DNA of 64,000 nt from Ruminococcus sp. (GTDB taxonomy: Bacteria; Bacillota; Clostridia; Oscillospirales; Acutalibacteraceae): positions 11,431-75,430 of the forward strand of contig SFIQ01000017.1 of NCBI GenBank assembly GCA_004555265.1, read 5' to 3'. The notes under the pieces are model-generated. The model worked only from the letters and a program-made list of their open reading frames with translations. It had not been told where the DNA came from and searched no databases. Positions within the stretch are counted from its first letter, which is position 1. Each line of letters opens with the position of its first letter. Both the position numbers and the translations under genes were made by a program. Of the stretch, positions 58,151 through 64,000 are shown in pieces.

Positions 58151-58505
58151 TTTAGATTAGCGGCGTAGCCGCAATCCTTATATTCCTCCCTCTGGGAGGG
58201 AGGTGGCTTTTGCCGTAGGCAAAAGACGGAGGGAGAGAGGAAATATCTGCTTGTTTCTCTCCCCCAGTCAAATGCTGTGCATTTGACAGCCCCCTCTCGG
58301 AGGGGGGCGGAAACGGCGGGAGCAAGCCCCCGCCCTACCCTGTAAAATGCATTTCGTACGCAAACCGCAAAAAAGATGTAATTTATTACGGGTCGTCGAG
58401 GACGTCGACCCCTACGCGTTGTCATTCTGAGCCGATAGGCGAAGAATCTCGTGTCGTATATTTTTGTTTTGTGCTTTTGGAGATCCTTCGCTTCGCTCAG
58501 GATGA
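58151..58505. repeat. Repeat island I: composite multi-hairpin element (58151-58319), GC hairpins and a GTCATTCTGAGC../..CAGGATGA inverted pair (58421-58505)
   Basis: It is near-identical to 38544-38709. Its last unit overlaps the yhbY start region. Confidence 0.9.
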
Positions 58506-58785
58506 AGAACGCGCGGCTTTGCGCGCACAGGCAAATTCCATAAAAGCGCTGTTTCAAGTCGGCAAAGACGGTATTACGGACGCGCTGATTAAACAGACCG
58601 ACGACGCGCTCGAAGCGCGGGAATTGATTAAACTGAAAGTGTTGCTCGAAACCGCGCCCGAAAAGCCGTATGATATTGCCGACAAATTGGCGGCGGCAAC
58701 CCATGCCGAGGTGGTTTCGGTGGTGGGTGGCTCGATGGTCTTTTACCGCTACAACAAAAAACTGCATGAAAAGAAAAAGAAATAA
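58471..58785 (+). CDS. yhbY: YhbY-family (CRM-domain) RNA-binding protein
   Basis: LRAQANSIKALFQVGKDGIT..ELIKLKV.. The only in-frame starts (GTG 58471, TTG 58477) lie inside a repeat unit. Confidence 0.75.
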   Translation: MLLEILRFAQDEERAALRAQANSIKALFQVGKDGITDALIKQTDDALEARELIKLKVLLETAPEKPYDIADKLAAATHAEVVSVVGGSMVFYRYNKKLHEKKKK

Positions 58786-58800
58786 ACAGGGGCGGTTTTT

Positions 58801-59430
58801 ATGAAAATCGGTTTGTTCGGCGGCACTTTTAACCCGCCGCACAAGGGGCATGAACGGCTGCTTGCGCAGTTTTGCGAACAACTGCAATTCGATAAAATCC
58901 TAATTGTGCCCGACAAGCGCCCCGTGCACAAAATCTGCGACGATTTGGCGCTCGACAGCGAACGGCTTGCCATGTGCCGATTGGCGTTTCAAGATCCGAA
59001 ATACGAAGTCAGTTCTATGGAGATCGACCGCGCAACGGACAGTTACACCGTCTATACCGTCCGCGAAATTTCGGCGCAGTACCCGAATGCCGAATTGTTT
59101 TTGATTATCGGTTCGGATATGTTCTTATCGTTCCACAAGTGGTACAAATACCGTGAAATTTTGGAAAAATGCACCCTGTGCGTTGCTTCACGCGAATCAG
59201 AGGTGGATATGCACACCTTGCGCAGTTACGCATTTTCACAATTTCGCATCTATATTCAAGAAAATGCGGGAAAACACATTTTGCTCTCGCCCGTCGAGCC
59301 GTTTGAAATCAGTTCGTCTCAACTGCGTGCGCGGTTAGCAAACGGAGAAGATGTGCACGCATATCTCTCGCCGCAGGTCGAAAACTATATCAAGGAAAAG
59401 AAACTGTATGGATACCGAACGCAACGCTGA
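58801..59430 (+). CDS. nadD: Nicotinate-nucleotide adenylyltransferase
   Basis: MKIGLFGGTFNPPHKGH. Confidence 0.93.
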   Translation: MKIGLFGGTFNPPHKGHERLLAQFCEQLQFDKILIVPDKRPVHKICDDLALDSERLAMCRLAFQDPKYEVSSMEIDRATDSYTVYTVREISAQYPNAELFLIIGSDMFLSFHKWYKYREILEKCTLCVASRESEVDMHTLRSYAFSQFRIYIQENAGKHILLSPVEPFEISSSQLRARLANGEDVHAYLSPQVENYIKEKKLYGYRTQR

Positions 59431-59995
59431 ATTTTTGGAAGAAATTAAAAAGCATTTAAATCCCGACCGCCTGTATCATTCGTTAAATGTCGCGGACGAG
59501 GCAAAAAAACTTGCTTTGCATTACGGTGCGGATGAAAAAAAGGCATTTACCGCGGGGCTTTTGCACGATATTATGAAAAACACCGCGCCTGCGGATTTAT
59601 TGAAATTTTTTGAAGACAATGGTATAATGCTCACGAAAACCGAGCAGATAAGCCCTAAAACCTGGCATGCGATTGCCGGGGCTGTGTATTGCGAACGCGT
59701 TTTGGGCGTGACAGATACAGAGATACTTTCCGCAATCCGGTATCACACAACGGGGCGTGCGGGGATGACGCTTTTAGACAAGGTGATTTTCATTGCGGAC
59801 TTCATTTCCGCCGACCGCGCGTACGACGGCGTGGAGCGCATGCGCGAAAAAGCGTATATAACGCTCGAAAGCGCGATGGAAGAGGGCTTGCAGTTTACCT
59901 TGGAGGAACTTGCGCACAACGGTTGGGCAATCCACGAGGACAGCGTGGCTGCCTACAACGAAATTCTATATCAAAGAAAGGATGAAACCGAATGA
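59408..59995 (+). CDS. yqeK: HD-domain protein YqeK (bis(5'-nucleosyl)-tetraphosphatase family)
   Basis: Start at MDTERNAEFLEEIKKHL. It has H..HD motifs and the conserved nadD-yqeK-rsfS order. Confidence 0.85.
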   Translation: MDTERNAEFLEEIKKHLNPDRLYHSLNVADEAKKLALHYGADEKKAFTAGLLHDIMKNTAPADLLKFFEDNGIMLTKTEQISPKTWHAIAGAVYCERVLGVTDTEILSAIRYHTTGRAGMTLLDKVIFIADFISADRAYDGVERMREKAYITLESAMEEGLQFTLEELAHNGWAIHEDSVAAYNEILYQRKDETE

Positions 59996-60345
59996 CACCG
60001 AAAGAACTGCTTTTTTCTGCCGTGCAAATTCTCGACAAGAAAAAGGGTATGGATATAAAAGCCTTAGAAATCACGGAGATTTCCTCTGTCGCGGATTATT
60101 TTCTGCTCGTTACGGGGACTTCTTCCACGCACATCCGTGCGTTGGCGGATGAGGTGGACGAGGAACTCTCGAAATTGGGCGTACAGCCCGACCACATTGA
60201 GGGCAAAACCACGGGCTGGATTTTGCTTGACTATAAAAGCGTGGTTGTGCATATTTTCACCCAAAGCGAGCGCGAGCTTTTCAATTTGGAAAAACTGTGG
60301 GGCGACGCGAAAGAGGTCGATTTGCGCGACCTTTTAACGGACTGA
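59992..60345 (+). CDS. rsfS: Ribosome silencing factor RsfS (iojap)
   Basis: 117 aa. ATGA overlap with yqeK. VADYFLLVTGTSSTH motif. Confidence 0.9.
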   Translation: MTPKELLFSAVQILDKKKGMDIKALEITEISSVADYFLLVTGTSSTHIRALADEVDEELSKLGVQPDHIEGKTTGWILLDYKSVVVHIFTQSERELFNLEKLWGDAKEVDLRDLLTD

Positions 60346-60392
60346 ATCCGCGATAGATAAATTTTGACTACACAGGCAAAGGATGCGTTGTT

Positions 60393-62801
60393 ATGGAATA
60401 CAATTTCAAAGAAGCAGAGCCAAAATGGCAACAAAAATGGGAGGAAGCCGGTGTTTTCCACGCGGTGGATAACGACGACCGCCCGAAATTTTACGGCCTT
60501 GTCGAATTTCCGTATCCGTCGGGTGCGGGGATGCACGTCGGGCATATCAAAGCGTACAGCGGTTTGGAGGTCGTTTCGCGCAAACGCCGCTTGGAGGGGT
60601 ATAATGTCCTGTTCCCGATCGGCTTTGACGCGTACGGTCTGCCGACCGAAAATTACGCCATTAAAACCGGTATTCATCCGCGTAAGGTCACGGACATGAA
60701 TATTGAAAAATTCACAAGCCAATTAAAAAAAGTCGGCTTTTCGTTCGACTGGACACGTGTGATTGACACCACCGAAGAGGGCTATTATAAGTGGACGCAG
60801 TGGATTTTCCTGAAAATGTTTGAAAACGGGCTTGCGTTCCGCGACAAAACGCTTGTCAACTACTGCCCGTCCTGCAAGGTGGTGCTGTCCAATGAGGACT
60901 CGCAAGGCGGCAAGTGCGATATTTGCCACAGCGATGTGGTGCAGAAATCCAAAGATGTTTGGTATTTGCGCATCACCGAATACGCCGACAAACTGCTCGA
61001 AGGTTTGGAAACGGTGGATTACCTGCCGAATGTCAAGCAACAGCAGGTGAATTGGATTGGCAAATCCCGCGGCGCATTTGTGAATTTCACCTTGAAAGAT
61101 GTGCCCGAAACCCTGCGGATTTACACCACCCGCCCCGACACGCTGTTCGGCGTGACCTTTATGGTTATGGCGCCCGAACATCCGTTGATTGACAAATACC
61201 AAGACCGTATTGCCAATATGGATGCGGTCAAAGACTACCGCGCCGAATGCGCGAAAAAGACCGAGTTTGAGCGCACCCAGCTCGTCAAAGACAAAACCGG
61301 CGTGAAACTTGATGGGCTGACGGCGATAAATCCCGTTAACGGCAAAGAAATCCCGATTTATATTTCCGACTATGTGATGATGGGCTACGGCACGGGCGCG
61401 ATTATGGCGGTGCCCGCGCACGACGGGCGCGACTATGAATTTGCAAAGAAATTCGGTATTCCGATTATCGAAGTCATCAAAGGCGGCGATATCTCGAAAG
61501 AGGCCTACACCGGTGACGGCGAAATGGTCAATTCCGACTTCTTAAACGGCATGGACAACAAAAAAGATTCCATCGCTAAAATGATTACATATTTGCAGGA
61601 AAAAGGTATCGGCGAGGGCGGCGTGCAGTACAAAATGAAAGACTGGGCGTTCAACCGCCAGCGCTATTGGGGCGAGCCGATTCCGATTGTGCATTGCCCG
61701 AAATGCGGCATGGTTGCCGTGCCGTACGAAGAATTGCCGCTGAAACTCCCCGAGGTCGAGAACTTCGAGCCCGGCTCGGACGGCGAAAGCCCGCTTGCGA
61801 AAATTGAAAGCTACGTCAACTGCAAATGCCCGAAATGCGGCGGCGACGCCAAGCGCGAGACCGACACCATGCCCCAATGGGCAGGGTCTTCGTGGTATTT
61901 CCTGCGGTATGTAGACCCGCACAATGACAAGGCATTTGCCGATTATGACAAATTGAAATATTGGATGCCCGTCGATTGGTACAACGGCGGTATGGAGCAT
62001 GTCACCCGCCACTTGATTTATTCGCGGTTCTGGTATAAATTCCTCTATGACCTCGGCTTGGTGCCGGTTGCGGAGCCGTATCAGAAGCGTACCGCGCAGG
62101 GCTTGATTTTGGGGCCGGACGGCGTGAAAATGTCCAAATCCCGCGGCAATGTCATCGACCCGAACGAGGTGGTTGAGGCGTACGGCGCCGATGTTTTGCG
62201 CACCTATGTTTTGTTTATGGGCGACTATGAAAAAGCCGCGCCGTGGTCGGAAAGCTCCGTGAAAGGTTGCAAGCGCTTTATTGACCGCATTTGGAATTTG
62301 CAGGAAATCTTAAAAGACGGCGACGCCTATTCCGAAAAACTCGAATCCGCGTTCCACAAAACCGTGAAAAAGGTGACGGAAGATATTGAAGCGATGAAAT
62401 ACAACACGGCAATCGCCGCGCTGATGACGCTGTTAAACAATATTTACGATGCGGGCGAAATCAACCGCGCTGAACTGCGCACCTTGCTGATTTTGGTCAA
62501 TCCCTTTGCCCCGCATGTGACCGAGGAAATGTGGGCAACCTTAGGTTATGGCGAAATGCTCGCCAAAGACGCAAAATGGCCGACCTTTGACGCGGCAAAA
62601 TGCGTGGATGCAACGGTGGAAATCGTGGTGCAAATCTGCGGCAAAATCCGTGCAAAACTCAATGTGCCCGCCGAAATTTCCGCAGAGGACGCCATTGCCC
62701 TTGCGAAAGAGGAAGAACGCGTTGCGGCGGAAATCGCAGGCAAAACGATTGTCAAAGAACTGTATGTCAAAGGCAAACTTGTCAACATTGTGGCAAAATA
62801 A
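60393..62801 (+). CDS. leuS: Leucine--tRNA ligase
   Basis: 802 aa with a HIGH-type motif (MHVGH) and VKMSKSRGN. Confidence 0.97.
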   Translation: MEYNFKEAEPKWQQKWEEAGVFHAVDNDDRPKFYGLVEFPYPSGAGMHVGHIKAYSGLEVVSRKRRLEGYNVLFPIGFDAYGLPTENYAIKTGIHPRKVTDMNIEKFTSQLKKVGFSFDWTRVIDTTEEGYYKWTQWIFLKMFENGLAFRDKTLVNYCPSCKVVLSNEDSQGGKCDICHSDVVQKSKDVWYLRITEYADKLLEGLETVDYLPNVKQQQVNWIGKSRGAFVNFTLKDVPETLRIYTTRPDTLFGVTFMVMAPEHPLIDKYQDRIANMDAVKDYRAECAKKTEFERTQLVKDKTGVKLDGLTAINPVNGKEIPIYISDYVMMGYGTGAIMAVPAHDGRDYEFAKKFGIPIIEVIKGGDISKEAYTGDGEMVNSDFLNGMDNKKDSIAKMITYLQEKGIGEGGVQYKMKDWAFNRQRYWGEPIPIVHCPKCGMVAVPYEELPLKLPEVENFEPGSDGESPLAKIESYVNCKCPKCGGDAKRETDTMPQWAGSSWYFLRYVDPHNDKAFADYDKLKYWMPVDWYNGGMEHVTRHLIYSRFWYKFLYDLGLVPVAEPYQKRTAQGLILGPDGVKMSKSRGNVIDPNEVVEAYGADVLRTYVLFMGDYEKAAPWSESSVKGCKRFIDRIWNLQEILKDGDAYSEKLESAFHKTVKKVTEDIEAMKYNTAIAALMTLLNNIYDAGEINRAELRTLLILVNPFAPHVTEEMWATLGYGEMLAKDAKWPTFDAAKCVDATVEIVVQICGKIRAKLNVPAEISAEDAIALAKEEERVAAEIAGKTIVKELYVKGKLVNIVAK

Positions 62802-62819
62802 TTTTACAAACGAAACACA

Positions 62820-62859
62820 GCAGACAGAGCGTTTTTGAAATGCTCTGTCTGCGGATTTT
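62820..62859 (+). terminator. Probable terminator after leuS
   Basis: An 11-bp stem (GCAGACAGAGC/GCTCTGTCTGC) followed by GGATTTT. Confidence 0.6.
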
Positions 62860-62871
62860 ACGGTGAATTTT

Positions 62872-64000
62872 ATGCATACTTTTGTAAAACGCCTGCTTGC
62901 GGCAGTGCTGATTTTTGCGCTGACCGTGCCGATTTGCACGGAGATTGTGAAAACCTGCGACCGACAGGCGGCAGTGCAGACGCTGAAAGAACAGATGGCA
63001 TATCCCGACGGTTTTGCGGAATCGGAATTTCGCGGCCGTGCAGACGCGTTACAGCGCTTGATAGAAACCTCGGGGCTTTCCGATGATGCGGCTTTTTCTG
63101 AGAAAGTCAAAACCGCATTTGCGGAACTGTATCACCTTGCCGCCGAGGCGTTAGCGGGGGACATCAACCCCACCGATGAAGTGTTCGCACAGCGTGCGCA
63201 TGCCGTGTTTGACCTGCTGTTTGAACTCGACCGACAAGTACAGGCGCAAAAGGAAACGCCGGATTTGACTGCCGAGGACGGCTTTGTGGCATTCGGTGCA
63301 TCCATTCTTTGGGATTTTATGGAATATTACGATAGCAAGCGGTTGAGTACGCAGGAAATGCGCGCGGGCGTCAGCGTTTTAAAGGACATTCCCTACACCG
63401 AGAACGCAGATGAATATCAATGTTTAGATATATACTTCCCCGAGGGCGAAACCGAAAAGTGCCCCGTGATTATTGACATTCACGGCGGCGGGCTGATGTA
63501 CGGCGACAAATCGTTGAACCGCGTGTATGCGTCGTACCTTGCCGAAAAAGGATATATTGTGATTGCGGTCAATTATCATCTTTGCCCCGAAGTGCTGTAT
63601 GACACGCAGGTGCGCGATTTAATGACAGCCTACAAATGGGTTGCCGAGCACGGCGAAGCGTATAACTGTGACCTTCAAAATGTGTATTTGGTCGGCGATT
63701 CCGCAGGCGGGCAGTTGGCGTTTTACACGAGCATCGTCAATACAAGCGAAGAATTACGCACCCTGTATAACGCACCCGAAACGGGGCTGACTTTTAATGC
63801 CACGGGCTTAATTTCGGGGATGTACGATATGAAAAGCGGCTTTAACAGCGTTTTAATTTCGTGTATACTCGGCTATGAATATACCGCGTCACCGTTTTAC
63901 GATGTGTTACAGCCCGAAGAAGTGATTGACAAAGGCACCTTGCCGCCGTCCTATATCGTGACAAGCGCAAAGGACTTTTTGCGCCCCGCCTCGGTACAGT
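62872..64000 (+). CDS. Secreted/lipoprotein-like alpha/beta hydrolase (HSL-type esterase family), 3' end outside the window
   Basis: It is not in the ORF track because it has no stop in the window. My own translation starts MHTFVKRLLAAVLIFALTVPIC.. and contains HGGG and GDSAGG motifs. The frame stays open to 64000. Confidence 0.75.
   Translation, partial: MHTFVKRLLAAVLIFALTVPICTEIVKTCDRQAAVQTLKEQMAYPDGFAESEFRGRADALQRLIETSGLSDDAAFSEKVKTAFAELYHLAAEALAGDINPTDEVFAQRAHAVFDLLFELDRQVQAQKETPDLTAEDGFVAFGASILWDFMEYYDSKRLSTQEMRAGVSVLKDIPYTENADEYQCLDIYFPEGETEKCPVIIDIHGGGLMYGDKSLNRVYASYLAEKGYIVIAVNYHLCPEVLYDTQVRDLMTAYKWVAEHGEAYNCDLQNVYLVGDSAGGQLAFYTSIVNTSEELRTLYNAPETGLTFNATGLISGMYDMKSGFNSVLISCILGYEYTASPFYDVLQPEEVIDKGTLPPSYIVTSAKDFLRPASVQ

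Overview
This is a 64-kb chromosomal window from a GC-rich Firmicutes/Clostridia-type genome; the taxon is inferred from gene order and protein sequences. Most of it is plus-strand housekeeping. It holds two tandem M42 peptidases, a YnbB-like PLP enzyme, GNATs, a phosphohexomutase, acpP and proS. A complete S10-spc-alpha ribosomal cluster follows (rpsJ to rplQ, with secY, adk, map, infA and rpoA). After that come rlmD, infC-rpmI-rplT, dprA-topA-trmFO, plsX-rnc-radical SAM-smc-ftsY, rdgB, yhbY-nadD-yqeK-rsfS and leuS. Three things stand out. (1) A roughly 9-kb island (9.3-18.1 kb) lies between proS and the S10 operon. It encodes a 1,754-aa secreted dockerin protein of unknown function, two cohesin-like proteins (one with its own dockerin) and two paralogous acidic mini-ORFs. 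It has consensus promoters, a 375-nt structured leader and r-protein-like codon usage. (2) Nine intergenic islands (about 4 kb, roughly 6% of the window) are mosaics of GC-rich hairpin repeats. Most units are headed by GTAGGG, which is the REP/RAYT-type architecture, and they form doublets, a 135-170-nt multi-hairpin composite element and nested insertions. Some overlap CDS ends. (3) A Correia-like MITE (26-bp terminal inverted repeats, TA duplication) is present in two copies. One rewrote the 3' end of trmFO and broke an inferred ATGA overlap with plsX. All calls come from reading the sequence and ORF track only; no database search was run.
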